Shown one piece after another: positions 22,784-36,318 of a DNA stretch of 64,000 bases (position 1 is its first letter; every line of letters starts with the position of its first letter). The stretch covers positions 49,788,001 to 49,852,000 of the forward strand of contig NC_045697.1 in assembly GCF_009834535.1 (NCBI RefSeq), written 5' to 3'. Source of the DNA: Camelus ferus (Eukaryota). A program made the position numbers and the translations under genes. The notes under the pieces were generated by a model. The model made no database searches. It saw nothing but the letters and a program-made list of their open reading frames with translations, and was not told the DNA's origin.

Positions 22784-24795
22784 CGTAATGAGTTCTTTCG
22801 CCTTCCTGCTGCCTGTGGTTTACATGAAGCTGTAGAGAGAACCCTAAAAGCAGATGTCATTTTAACTTAAGACTAGAAAACACTAAATAGAATTTTAAAT
22901 TTAAAGAGAAACTATACATCAGTTGGCAGATTAGAGGATGGAGGCTCAAAGCCCAGAGCCTGGTATTTCTTGTTTTTCAGGTCTGGGGTCACCTATAGTG
23001 GCTACTTGAGGCTTCTGGGACTATTTTTCCAGGGCTACTAGGAGGGCAGAGGAATATCTGAATAAGGAACAGATTCCTTGGACATGGAACTGGCTTGGAG
23101 GTTTGGCTGGCCTCTGACAATTTGGAGTCACATTTCTAAGACCCAAGTGCTGTAGGAAAGCTTGAATAGAGGCCCCAAATGTCAGGGTCCCTCTGGAGTT
23201 GATTGACATAGATCTGGCTAGAGAGAACGTAGCATAATCTAAAATCAGTTAAATTCAGGAAACTCAGAAGATAACCCTCAGGAAATCTGGAATCCAGTTC
23301 AGACCGTGGGGCTACGAAGAGATTTGGAACAGAATGAATCAAATTCATGTGGCAAATTGGTGGCAGAGGCAGGTTTAGAGCTCCTGGCTCTTGACTGACT
23401 CCCAGCTCAGTGGTTTTTAATTTCTACAGTGCTACCCCTATCTCCAGCTGACTAATATGTGCCCCAAATTTGCTTCGTGGGAGCCAATCTCCCTTCCTTC
23501 CCTCCCTCCCTCTCGCTCTTCCTCTTTCCCCATCTTCCTTTTTTCTTTCCTTCTACCTTCAAACATTTGGTGCTCCCTGCATGCCTGGATCTGTCATTTT
23601 TGGAAAGATGAAAATGAGTAATACTCAGTTTTGCTGTCTTAAAATCGTAACTGTGTGAACATCTCCCTCACCCAATGATCATCATGGCCCTGGTGGGTAA
23701 ATGACTGGTAGTGGCAAGGGATGGTTGGTCATTGGAAGGAGGGAGATAAGGGTGAGAGGGATGTGGGCAAAGGCCTGGGCAGCCACAGGTCAGAGGAGAC
23801 AAGGCTGGAACCAAGACGGAGAGTGTCATGGCAGACACTGGGGACCCACGGCAGAACATTCTGCTAAGGGCTTAGTGCAAATTCAGAGAACAGTGAAGAG
23901 CAAGTGAGGGCCACAGTCTGGAGCAAAGGATGCAGCTGGAGCTGATGGGCAGGACAGACTTGGGTCAGAGTCAAGTCTGCAGCAGCCACAGTAGTCCCTG
24001 CGCCAGAGCTGCTGTGTTGAAGGAAAACCGGCCTCATGAAAGGTTTGTATTCTCACCTGTGGCTCAGTCAGACACAGGGCCTGAATCTTCTGGGTGGAGT
24101 CCTGCAGAGAAAAACAGACAACTCATGCAGTCTGCCTCCAAGCTTTCCCTGTTGTCATGGCTACTGACTTATTAAGGAGAAGATGTAGATGGGGTCCCAG
24201 GAAACGCATCAGTCTTGAAAAGTTGCTTTTGCCTTCTCCCCTCCACCCTGCCTCCACCCCCGCCCTGACTGCACAAGGCAAAGAGAAATCTCTTCAGAGG
24301 CATTTTATCAGAGGAGTAATTTCAGTCCACTTACACAGGGTGACAGAAGAGCAAATGCATAGCATGGTGACATGCCAGCAATTTGAGAGCTTTGTTAAGG
24401 GAAAAAAATATTCTACAGTGTCCTCCTTAGTAAACAGAAATGTGTACTGGTGGATGTGGTGATGAAAAAATGCCCATCAGAGGAGAGCACTGAAAAAAGG
24501 CATTTTCTTAGAAAAGGCATCTCCTTAGGTGTGTAATCATTATTCAAGAAAAAGAAGAAGGGAGAAGTATGACCCCCCAAGTTTTCGGCTGAAGTAACCG
24601 GGTAGATGGTTGTGCTGTCCCTTAGGGAGGAACAATTAAATCAGTTTGATATTATAGAAATAAAAGGACTAATTGGTGTCTTCAGTGGTTTTAGAAAATC
24701 TCCAACGTTTGTTTAGGGGTTGGGTAGACTCATTTTCCAATTTGACCTCCTTCCGCAGCTGCAGGCACCCTCATCTCCATCAATAAGAAACAGCA

Positions 24796-24884
24796 AAAGA
24801 ATATGAAAACAAATACATGTGTGTTTATGTATGATTGAAGCACCAGAAGTTGACACACTGTAACTGACTATACTTCAATGAAAA
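24796..24884 (+). mobile_element. Short L1 3' end
   Basis: AAGAATATGAAAAC...ACTGACTATACTTCAAT; TSD aagaaa(c/t)agca. Confidence 0.85.
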
Positions 24885-25099
24885 AAGAAATAGCAGCTCT
24901 CTGGTTCTGTGAGGAGACCTACTGGCTCCCACACAAAATTCATCATACTGATCACAGATGGGGAACCTGCCCTCTAGTTGTGTCCTCAAGTCATGTGGCC
25001 AGACAGACAAAATCAGATAAAGAAGAAAAAACTTGCTGGGGAGTTGCATGGTTAGATCAGGTAAGGGCAGGGGGAATTTTCTCTTCCCCTTAGAGTTGA

Positions 25100-25550
25100 C
25101 CTATGTGCCTGCCATTTACCTATTTTCCTCAGATCCAATTCCCGTCCTTCTCTTGCTCTGCTCTGCATCACAGGGAATTATATTTCCAGATAGGTTTGGC
25201 CCATGGGAAGAACTGATAGAAGATCGTAGGGCAAGAAGAGAGGAGAAGTCAGTGATTTCTTCTCTTGTTCTGTCCTGAGTGAGGCTTATCTCCCATGAAA
25301 CAGTTTCCTTCGTGATGTCCAGCTTCTGTACGGCAGCCCCCACTCTGGCCCTAAGTCTTCCAGTGGCCTATGCTTCTGGGCTCTGATGATGCCACTTCCT
25401 TGTACGATTTCTCCTGCCCCAGGGTGGTAGTGGATTCCATTTCTTCTTTGCTTTCTGGGTTCTTCTATCACCTATTTAATCAATCCCCTGGATTTAATTT
25501 CCTCTATTTTTAAGATCCAGAGTGGTTCCTTAAGAGGAAACTGATGGTAT
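25100..25550 (+). mobile_element. LTR33-like (ERVL) LTR
   Basis: CTCTGCTCTGCATCACAGGG...TTTGGCCCATGGGAAG...CCCAGGGTGGTAGTGG. Confidence 0.6.
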
Positions 25551-26504
25551 ATATTTTGTCTGATGGTTCCTGAAAACCTAGAAGTTAAACCATCAGCCTT
25601 TGAAACTCTGTATTTTCTGGTTCTTCTCTAGCCCTCTGACTTCATCGCCTATAACTTTCCTTCTTGCTCTCCCCTTGTCTGCCCATTAATTGTCTTTTTG
25701 TTCTATGACCAAACTCATTCCCTGCTCAGGGCATTTGCATCATTGTCTTCTCTGCCTTAGAAAGTTCTACTCAGATCTACACCAAAGTTCTCATTCTTAA
25801 ATCAACTGAGTGTCTAGCTTTCCAGGTCTAACTCTGAACATCTCCACTGGATTGGATAATCAAGACTTCCCCAAATTAGCTTCTTTGCACATCCTGTTTC
25901 CAAAAAGCAAACCCACAAGCACTTATTTTTTGGAGAATCTACTAGGTGTATTTGAGAATTCTGTTTAGTTTTATGGCTCTTTGGTAGCACAGACCTTTGA
26001 AGTTTACACATCAGAAGGAACTGTCAGATTTCATGCATTAACTGACCTTGCTCAGCAGTTGAGAAGAAAAAAAAATTCTATTTTGTTTTTAGCTTATAAT
26101 ATTTTCTGGATGTGTTGTGAAATGTCTTTGTTTTGGTTAAAATGCCTTTGGTTGGAGAACAGTAAAAACCTTTGACAAAGCTTTTTTTAAAAAATAAGTT
26201 AAGAAAGCTGTGATAAGAGGAGACCAGAAAGGCTCTTCTGATAAAGCATATTTTGCCCAAGGGTCTACTGTTAGATTTGCGAATGTCTGGAATAAGTCAT
26301 GCATGTAAAATGCAACTGCCCTTTGGAGAAATCCTATCATTCCTTGCTGTGCTGTTGTAAATAGTACAATTAACTTTCTTTTTGGCTTCTGGGTAGATCA
26401 AATTCTGAGGACACTAAGAGTTTAGAGGGAGTGGTAAAGGGAAGTAGGGTTGATTTTCCAGGAAGAGGGGTTTGTCCAAAGAAGCCTGACCAGGGCCTGT
26501 TGGA

Positions 26505-26537
26505 GTGTGTGTGCACGTGAGCACGTGTGTGTGTGCA

Positions 26538-26568
<31 letters not shown>

Positions 26569-26572
26569 GTGT
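26505..26572. repeat. (TG)n/(TGTATG)n compound microsatellite
   Basis: Direct reading. Confidence 0.9.
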
Positions 26573-27029
26573 TTGCATGCTCTTTGAGGGAGCGGGTGCC
26601 AGAAAGGGTGGTGGGCAGAAATCACGGCATTCCTTTCACCATTTTGCCCATGTCTGTCTCTAGAGGATGGTGTCCTCTCTAGAGGACTGAACATTCTGGT
26701 CCTTGGAGGATATGTTTTATTTTATTGCCTCTTGTCCTTCTACACTAGACAGAAAGTCCTCTTTGGCAATCCTTAACTTTGATAAAGAGAAGAACAACTT
26801 CCTGGAATGAATAGAATTAGGGTTTCTCACCTTGTTTACACATTCCTATGAACATTTATGTACATTAATACAGTAATTTCCTCAAGTGGTTGAGTGTTAA
26901 TGAATCATTAATAATAAATATTCAAATCTCATTCCTGAGTTTACAGGTGTTGGTGGGAAGAGTCAAGGGCTAACCTAGTTGTCTAGGAAAAAAATCCTGA
27001 TTCTGGTATATTTGATATGCATAAATAAA

Positions 27030-27400
27030 CGTTTGTGTACTGTCTTCCATCTTGGGAAATCAAGATGCTATGCTGTCAGCAAACACCAGACAAGATGGCT
27101 ATCTCAATATCCAGCTTGCTTACGCTGGGGAAGAAACAGCTGTTCATAAAGCAATTTATATGCAACAGTTGCAACGTGGCTCTAACTAATGGACGTGAAA
27201 GGTACAGTGGAGATAATCTGTAGAATGCCGTTCTGCCATTGCCTCCTGGACCACCCAAGATTTCTAAAGAAAAATGCCATTTATAAATCATTGAAATTTT
27301 TTTTTTACCTGCTTAATGGCTGTTTGCTTCATTTCCTGGACCTAGGCAATGATTTACGGCCAGCCAGCGATCAAGACTGTATTTTTATTTTTCTTACCCC
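27030..27400. promoter_or_regulatory. Candidate enhancer (PBX-HOX/MEIS/YY1 motifs)
   Basis: TGATTTACGG (27350-27359), TTATAAATCA (27281-27290), TGCTGTCAGCA (27071-27081), CAAGATGGC (27091-27099) in sequence with no recognisable repeat. Confidence 0.35.
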
Positions 27401-27559
27401 TTGTGTAATAACTGGATGGAGAATGGAGAAGAGGCTTATACATTTTTTGGTATTTATCCTCCTTGTTGAATTAATGCATTTCATATAATTGTTTATTTTT
27501 GATATACTGGAGTTTAGGAGACTCATTATAGTGATTAAAGAGGGATGACAAATGGCAGT

Positions 27560-28055
27560 TTAGCCGTATAGCTGACAAATACCCTGTGATGTGAGGTAAC
27601 CAGCACAAGTACAAAATGCCAACATGCCAAGAATGGTGGAATAAAGGATATGTTAAGCCTGCATCCTTGGTATTGTTGAATCACTGCACTGACCTGGACT
27701 ATATTTTTCCAGATTTCATATTGTGGTCATTAAATGTCTATTGCTTACACTTTGCTGGTTGAGGTTGTTCCTTTCAGCCAAAGGCATTCTTAGCTGATCT
27801 GGTATCTCAGACTGAGTTCCTTACTTCCCACCTGCTCTCCTGTTCTGCTCCTCTTCTATTCCCTTAGTTAATGGCATCCACCAGTCGCCCAAGTCAGAAT
27901 CTTGGGGATCTTCCTCAACTCCTTTCTCTTATTCACCTACTTCCTTGAATATAGGGATTATTTCTTGCTCATCCTTTTTCTCTCTCATCCCTAGTACGAT
28001 TCCTGGTACACAGAAGTCACTCAAAGTTATGTGTGTTGAAATAAATTAAATAAGG
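27560..28055 (+). mobile_element. MLT1 fragment followed by L2 fragment
   Basis: CAGCCAAAGGCATTCTTAGCTGAT (MLT1 end); AATGGCATCCACCAGTCGCCCAAGTCAGAA and CCTGGTACACAGAAG (L2). Confidence 0.6.
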
Positions 28056-30103
28056 TTGACTAGAATTTAATGTCATGGATTTGTACACAGATACCGAGTA
28101 AAGTGAAGAGGAAAAGCTTGGGAGATACTTTATTTAATAGGCTATGGTGAGTTTTGTTAAACCAGCCTTGCCCCTTATCATAGGATATTTTTCTAATGAC
28201 TAAACTTCTTTTGCCCCTTTGATTATGTTTTTCACCTACGACAATGTTGGATGAGCACTGTCATATTTTCCTTCTTGGACCCTTGTTTTAAATTTGTCCA
28301 TGTTGAAATTCCTCTCCCATGACATTTTTGCTCCATCAATCAATACTATTGATTGTTACAGTTAGTGTTGCTTTTCCTACCTTTATCCTGACAGACATTC
28401 TGCGTCTGTATGAGGGCTTCTGCTGATGTCTGCTCTCTTCTCTTACACTGGTGGATTGTATTAATCCTATTTTCAGAATCTTGGGTAACTAATCTGTCTT
28501 TCTATATACAGGGTGAGGATAGAATGACAAGTGAAGGGGTTCACAATCTGGTGGGGAATTGGAGAGAATACCAGATTTGAAGTGGAAAAAAAAAAACCCT
28601 TGGGGTTTGTGTAGCAGCAGTTCCTATATGTATGATTTTAATGTCAACAAATCCATCAGTTTTGTTTTCTTACATTTCAATGGCAAGCCGAGTTACAACT
28701 ATTCCATTCACCTCACAAGACTGTTGTGAGAATCAAGAGTGCTGCACGTGTAAGGCTAATGCCATGTATGTATTCTAGGGTGTGATGACTTGTACTTGAA
28801 CCACAAAGACTGAGCAAGTTTGGTTATTATAGAAGGGGAGACGAATGGGCTCCCCAATGGGAGAAAGGTTGGGCAAACAAGAAATAAACTTCCCAAAGAG
28901 CTGGCTTATAGAACCCAGGCATATTGTGAGATTTCTCATGCTTGAGAAAAGTTGCCAGTTTACTATTTTCTATATGATGTAGGAGAAGTTACTGGAAGAA
29001 GGGATGGGAGGACAAATTGTTTCCAGGGATATAAAAACCCTTGATAGAGATCCAAGTCCTGTTTAACTTTTCCCAGGATGGCCACACTTAGCTCCGAACC
29101 TCAGACTCCAAGGAGGGCTCCAAGCCAGACCTCAGGTAGAGTAATTAGAACTGAAGTGGGACCCTTGCCTAACTTTCTCATGTAACAATGAAGAAACTGA
29201 GATTCAATGAAGGGAAATGATTTGCTTTAGATCATTGGGCTAATCACTGTATGATCAGGACCTGGAACCCAGGTCTCTACGCTGCTATGCTGAGAGATCC
29301 AACCATGTTACCATCATTTGTAATGTGTTTCCAAGTAATTCATTACAGGTAAGCATTCAAACACCAAGATTTTTGAAGGATTTACTTTTTTGTTTAAAAA
29401 AATGAGAGAAAATTCAAGGTTATCCCTAGTCATGCTTATATTCCTTACTTATAATCCATCATTTCTTGAAGAAGAGAGAAAGTGGCAGGGATCTCCACCT
29501 TGGATACATCCATGAGTCTTTTGCACATATGAGCATCAGTTGTGTCCCAACAAAAAAAGTTTAAATACCACAATGTCAGATCATATGATACACATGAGAG
29601 CCTCTGAGCAGCTGCCTTTCTGTGATTTCTCTTTCCTTTAAAGGAAAAAATGTGACTTGATTTTCACTAGACACATTGTTGGATGGACGAGGACACTATG
29701 CCCCTCAATACCCACCACTCAAGAAGCATCAGCTAATTTTTCATCTCCCTTCTTTAGATTTGGAGCCTCAGAAATCATTAGGTATTTTTGCTACAAACTT
29801 CTGCATACTTGTTTATTAATTTAATTCATACTTTCATCTATCAGCAAATATTTAGAGTGCCTGTATGTGTTGGACACCAAAAAGGGTAGATTACCAAAGA
29901 AAGAGATAATTTGCTGATGTTTATACTTCTATACATTTAGGTTCCAAAAGTGAGTAAAAATGATTTTTTAGAAAAAAGCCCTGGAACAGTATTAAGACTC
30001 TGATGCCCTATTTTCTTGATGAGCCTTCTTTGACCAGCTGTGCTGCAGGTCACGTTAGAACATACAGTGAAGTAGTGTGCATTTTAGTGCACATTCAATG
30101 ACT

Positions 30104-30135
30104 TTTTTATTTATTTTTTGGAGGGGAGGTAATTA

Positions 30136-30170
<35 letters not shown>

Positions 30171-30245
30171 GGAAGTACTGGGAATTGAACACAGGACCTC
30201 GTGCATGCTAAGCATGCACTCTACCACTGAGCTATCCCCTCCCCC
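30104..30245 (-). mobile_element. Vic-1-type SINE, full length
   Basis: Reverse A/B boxes, GGGGAGGTAATTAGGTTT tail with (TA)n; TSD aatgact(t/a)tt. Confidence 0.93.
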
Positions 30246-31386
30246 TCTTTAATGACTATTGATAACGATGGTGATGATGATGATGACAGTGATCTCAGGG
30301 ACAAGGATAAAGTGATCATGGAGCCTTGCAGTTTGTGGTAAACAATGGCAATTACATAGCAACTTCTGTTGTTGTTGGCCTCTAGGCAAGTGCCTGAAAA
30401 CATTAATTAACTGGAGAGACTGCTGCAAAGTCTCTTGGTAAGAGGCAGCTCTTAATCCAGACAAACAGTAGAAATCGGTAGTAGCTGGATGTCTGGAATA
30501 AACCATAAATTGCATGAATTACAGTGTTTTATGGTAATGACCAATCTCCAGATCTCTTTGGAGGGTTTCAGGGTGAGGTCAATGTGGTAGTGAGAACTGG
30601 GCAGGGATCAGCGTGGACTCTAGAGTTTGATTCAGCAGCCACTGAGCTGCATCTTTGATGAATCACCATGGCGTTGGATCCCAGTGGTCCCACGGCTTTT
30701 GCTGTTGTTAGATCATGGGTAATTGATAACAGGACTATGAGTTCAAGTACAAAGGAGGAATATCTGCTGTAATAGTGTTACCGAAGAACCTGGATCTGTT
30801 GCAAAAACTGGGGCTTGTCTGTTCCCATCTCACATAAATTATTTGTTGGAGGGATGGATGAATGCTTGCTTCTCAGATTACTAGGGTGATAGAATCCTTG
30901 GCCAGCCTAACAGACTCAGATTTTATCCACAAATGTATAAAATCTTATGTAATGTGTTCTGATATGGCATATTAGCTAAGCCCATTTTCTTTATATTCTA
31001 AATTATTTCACACAGGGGGCTAATTTAAATCATATACCAAGCAAAACAAGGTCACTTGATATGAATCTGTCCTCCCAAGTCTTGGGCGAGAATCTGCCCC
31101 CCCAGATTTGGGCCTTTGGAATGTTTCTTTTAAACTAAGACTTGAATGAAGACATGAAACATTACCAATATTGTTTTGTTACTTGCTACATCTTTCTTCC
31201 TTGGGGGCAGCCAGGGCTAGTGAAAGTCAGGGAGAGAGACTGAAAAAGCTGGAAATGATCTTTTTTTTTGGAGGTGAGGGAAGATATGGGCTGAAGTCTG
31301 TATTGACATGGAGTCAACTCACTGGGCTGAGAAGATGACGTAAAGGGGTCCAGGCATCTGTCAGTAGGGGAGGGAAGAAGAATGAC

Positions 31387-31566
31387 TACACATACATTAT
31401 AACATACACATACATTATAACATACACATACATTATAACATACACATACATTATAACATACACATACATTATAACATACACATACATTATAACATACACA
31501 TACATTATAACATACACATACATTATAACATACACATACATTATAACATACACATACATCATAACA
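31387..31566. repeat. 18-bp minisatellite, 10 copies
   Basis: TACACATACATTATAACA x9 perfect plus one unit with a single T>C. Confidence 0.97.
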
Positions 31567-31734
31567 TGATCCCCTTTTTTCCCAGGAAAAAAAACTTTTT
31601 TTTCAGTGAAGCTACGTATTCCCACGGCTCAGGTGCCCAGACCTCACCCCATCAGCTTCAACAAGTTGCCTGGAAAAGGCAGCAAATCTTCACAAACACC
31701 CATTAAGGAGGGGAGTTTTTACTACTTTTCAGAG

Positions 31735-32050
31735 ATGGTAATAATAGATAAGAGACTTTACAAGTAGTTTGCACAAGTGTTGATGTCATTTAATCCTCCA
31801 AACACACCTGTGAGGCAGGTTGCTTCACTAGCTTCGTTTTACACATGGGGAAACTGAAGCTCAGAGATGTTATGTCAGTTGCTGGAATTTTCACAGGCAC
31901 CTCAAACAGTCTTCCCTGACAGCCTGTCATGCTGATTCTTTGTTGATCCAAATGGGGAAATGAGGCTCAGAGAGGTTCAGTGAATTGCTCAAGATCATAT
32001 AGTAATTTGCAGAATTAGGATCAAATTTAGGTCATATATTTCTAAGTTTA
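31735..32050 (-). mobile_element. Two adjacent MIR fragments
   Basis: CATTTAATCCTC...GGGGAAACTGAAGCTCAGAGA; GGGGAAATGAGGCTCAGAGAGGTT. Confidence 0.8.
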
Positions 32051-32419
32051 ATGCAGCATGTTCTTATTTCTCATCCTTACAAACTTGAAGGATATGACTT
32101 AGCAAAGTGGTGTCAATAGTGGCATACTCATTATTTGAAACAGCCCCCTAAGTCTGATATCTTTTTCAACCCATATTCCCTAGAAAATAGAAAACGAGGC
32201 AAAGCTTATATGCTAAAATTTTTTTGGGAAGTGTAATTGAAAGATACTAAGCGGAAAAAAGGGACATGAAGCATGGAGGGAGGGGAGGCAGATATAGGGT
32301 AGTGATGACCTGTTTGACCACAGCTTCATGAGAAAACACAGCCAAGTACTCATTTATGAGGCAGACTTCCAGCCAAACCATAAAGGACATAGCACCTCAG
32401 AGCAAGGAAGGGAGAAGAA

Positions 32420-33315
32420 TTTTTCTTTCTTTTTAAAAATTTTTAATTTTTATATTTTTACTGAAGTATAGTTGATTTATGGAGTTGTGTTAGTTCTGGT
32501 GTACAGTGTAGTAATGCAGTCATACATATACATTCTTTTTTATATTCTTTATCATTGTAGGTTATTACAAGATACTGCATATAGTTCCCTGTCCAACAAG
32601 GAGGACCTTGTTTTATATCTATTTTATATATTACTATATATTTGCAGTGTGTATCTGCAAATCTCAGGCTCCTGATTTATCCCTCCACCCTTCCTTTCCC
32701 TGCTGGTAACCATAAGTTTGTTTTCTATGTCTGTGAGTCTGTTTCTAAGTTTTGTAACTAAGTTCATTTGTGTCATTTTTTAAGATTCTACATATAAGTG
32801 ATATCATGTGAAGTTTGTCTTTGTCTTACTTACTTCATTTAGTATGATAATTTCCAGGTCCATCTATGTTGCTACAAATGACGTTATTTTATTCTTTTTT
32901 ATGGCTGTGTAGTATTTCATTGGATATATTTCCCACATCTTTATCTAGTCATCTGTCGATGGACATTTAGGTTGCTTCCATGTCTTGGCTGTTGCAAATA
33001 GTGCTCCTATGAACACTGGGGTGCATGTGTCTTTTAGAATTGGTTTTCTCCAGATATATGCCCAGGAGTGGGATTGCTAGATCATACAGTCAGTATTTTT
33101 TTAGTTTTTAAAGGAATCTCCATACTGTTTTCCATAATGGCTGCACCAAATTACATTTCCAACAACATTACATTCCCTTTTCTCCACGGCCTCTCCAGCA
33201 TTCATCATCTGTGGACTTTCTAATGATGGCCATTCTGACTTGTGTGAGGTGATACCTCATTGTAGTTTTAATTTGCATTTCCCTGATAATTAGTGATACT
33301 GAGCATCTTTTCATT
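32420..33315 (-). mobile_element. L1 3' end (ORF2 C-term + 3'UTR)
   Basis: ORF remnant [24 protein letters not shown]; antisense 3'UTR and T tail. Confidence 0.92.
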
Positions 33316-34139
33316 TCATTCTTCTTTGGATTATTGTGTTTATAACTGGCTTGCTCTTCTGAACCTACTGTCATCATTGTGTATGACATTACTATAAATT
33401 ATTGGAAAAGTCTAGGACCCTTTACTGGTGACCATTTTTAAAGTATTGGTGCTTTATTTTAGACCTATGTTGTCATAAAAAATTAGCATATACATTTCAT
33501 TTGGAAGAAACATGTTTGCATGCCAATACAAATAAAAAAGGGGAGAGAGGACTGGGATAGAGAGAAGATGAAAGAGACATTTTGCAGTTTATTAAGATAT
33601 GATAACATCCCTTATGCTCTTAGTCTTGGAAGAGCGGGGATGGTAGAGTGCATTGCTGGGGAAAAGTCTCATTTTAGCAGATCCAGGTGATGTGCAGGCA
33701 AATCTTTACTGCAGGCTGAAGTCAGTGGCCATCCAAGTTAAGATCCTCCTTGGGATGGGAAACTGTGAATGGTTCATTTACTTTGTTCAACTCATCCCAC
33801 TTCATCCTGAATGTGTATGGTGCTCCTTCACTAGTATGGCATGGTCCTTAATCTGCCACCTCTCCTCATCCAGTCCAGGAAAGAACATCTTCCTTGTGGG
33901 TCCCTTGTCTTCAACTTGGTCCACCTGGTTCCTCCAAAGCCTTCCTCCCCTGACCCCAGCTTTAATCTCCAACCCTCTACTCTATTTTTGGCCTTAAAGA
34001 TCAGTCATTCAGCTGCATTTAATTTTACTCAGTATGAAGAGGATGACTGGAAATGCCACTCATTGGTCCAGCCTCAAGTATCTATACTATCTTTGGACCT
34101 TTAATAATCTCAGCATGGTTCCTGGGTATTTTTATAGAG

Positions 34140-34395
34140 AGACAATATAGTGTAATGGTTACATTGATGAGCCCTGGAATCAGATTGCCTGGGTCCAAAT
34201 CCCAGCTCTGCCATTTAGCTGTGTGACCTGGGGCAAGTCTTTAACCTCCGTTCCCCAGTTTTCTCTTCTACAAAATGAAGAAAATAAATACACCTATGAT
34301 GTAGGATTTTGTGAGGATTAATAAATTAACGTGCACAGACTACTTAGAAGAGTGCGTGGCACATCCTAAGTGACTTATAAGTGTTTGCTATCATC
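34140..34395 (+). mobile_element. MIR SINE, near full length
   Basis: CTGGAATCAGATTGCCTGGGTCCAAATCCCAGCTCTGCC...GTGAGGATTA...GGCACAT. Confidence 0.9.
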
Positions 34396-35327
34396 TCCCC
34401 CCACTCCTTCTCCTTCTCCTTCTTCAAGTGAATATGAATCTTCTCTTTTTCCAATTGCATTTCAAAAGATCATCTTCTGCTATCCCATATAGGGTGAAGC
34501 CAGGCCTTAGAAAGAGGGTGGATATATACTATGCTCAATCTGGGAGGAGAGGTTAGAAAACAAATCCTACTAATAGAAAAAGCATTGGCAAGTCAATATA
34601 TAAAATAATAGGAGAGATTATAACACTTTGTTAGGCCCTGGAATGTGAAGACATTAATTTACTTAAAAGCACTAATGAATCTAGACAGTCAAGGGTGGAA
34701 TTATAAATGATTTATTCTGGTAAGCTTGATCATGTGTGTATTAATCATTTGAATACTTACTGATTTATACATTTGGAGAAAGGAAAGCTGGGAGGTCCTG
34801 GAACACTGTTAGAGTCTTCTCCAACTTTTATCACTATATATTGTTTCTATTGTCAAGTGGAAGAAAAAAGTCAAGTTACTCTTTTATTTTTGAAGATGAT
34901 GTGATTGGTATGTGGCAATGTTTGGCTTAGTACACTGTGAAGATGTTTATGATGAGTTAAAAAATCAGGAGATAAAATTTCCTTTCACTTTATGCATTTA
35001 AAACACAGCTAGAGTTTTATTTTGTAGTTTTATTTAAAGAGAAATTAAAATTCAAGAATAAGCTCCACATGTTGCCGTAGATGGTAAAATCTGAGGATCA
35101 GTTAGCTGAATTTGATGGCTTGTTACTACATGCATTCAGATGTTCTCCCACAAACACACGATTACTGAGAGCGAAAGAATTAATTTCTTTCTAAAAGGCT
35201 TCTTTTCAAATAAAGTTTTGAATTTCAAAAGGAAAGAGAAAGCAAAGCCATTTCTTGTAGCACTGGCACTTAATAAGTACTTACGTATTAGATGTTTAAA
35301 TTGAAATGAAGACATATGAGCTTAATG

Positions 35328-35830
35328 TTGTAGATTGTTTATGTAAATGACTGCAATTCTTCTTCCCTGTATGTACGCCGTTTTGCAAAGTGACTCTGGG
35401 TTCTCCCATCAGAAAGTGGAGTCTGTTTCCCCACTCTTTGAATATGAACTTGTCTTCTGATTTGTTTCAATAAAATACAGTGGTCGTGATGCTGTTCTAG
35501 CTCCAAGCCTAGACCTTAAGAAGCCTTCCTCATTTTAGTCTCTTTGGACCCCTCTAACCACCATGTGAAAATCTATGCTAGCCTGGCGGGGAATAAGAGG
35601 CTTACTAAATGCCACATAGACCAGTGGCCATGGTGACAGGTAACCAGTCACCAGGCATGTCAAAGGGACCATCCCAGATCAGGCAACCTGCAGAAGCAGA
35701 ATTACCTAAATTTGATCTGCAGCTGTTTGCAGCTTCAAGAGCAAGTCTGGTAAATATCAGAAGAACCACCCTGCTGAGCCCAGGCCAAATTTTCTACCTA
35801 CAGAATAGTGTGATAAGTAAATGGTAGTTA
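35328..35830 (+). mobile_element. MLT1-type LTR
   Basis: TGTAGATTGTT...CCCATCAGAAAGTGGAGTCTGTTTCCCC...GCTGAGCCCAGGCCAAAT. Confidence 0.75.
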
Positions 35831-36116
35831 GAATCAGGGTTGGAGCAAGAGCTAACATTTACTGAGCACTTACTATGTGCTAGGAACCATTCTACTTGCT
35901 TTAAGGTTGGTTATTGGCTTCCTTCATCCTCATAACAACCCTGTGATGGGTTACAGATGAAGGAAGTAGCCTGAGGCTATCTGTTGGTCACAGTCAGAAG
36001 TAACATCTTGGCAAGACTTATTAGCCTGCCCTCCTTCCCCCTCCCCGCTGATAATGGGGCAAAGGGCAAGCCGGCTGAAGCCATGTCTATTTACATACCT
36101 CACTGAAGTTTCTCTA

Positions 36117-36318
36117 AAGTGCGGTTGACAGACTTTTCCTGTAAAGGGCCAGGTAGTAAATACTTAGGTTTTATGAGCTGTCTCTGCCACATCTACCCAA
36201 CTCTGCCTTTGCAGTGTGAGCACAGCCATACAGTATGTACACAAATGAGCCGGGGGTTCCAATAAAATAGCTGGGGGGCTGGATTTGGCCTGTGGGTCAT
36301 AGTGTGTTGATGCCTCCT
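36117..36318 (+). mobile_element. MER58A (hAT-Charlie)
   Basis: CTGTAAAGGGCCAGGTAGTAAATA...TTCCAATAAAA...GCTGGATTTGGCCTGTGGG. Confidence 0.85.

Noticed and set aside
31386..31625. ORF with MYVYVI repeats / CRISPR-like array
   Set aside because: Translation of an 18-bp minisatellite; no spacers, eukaryotic context
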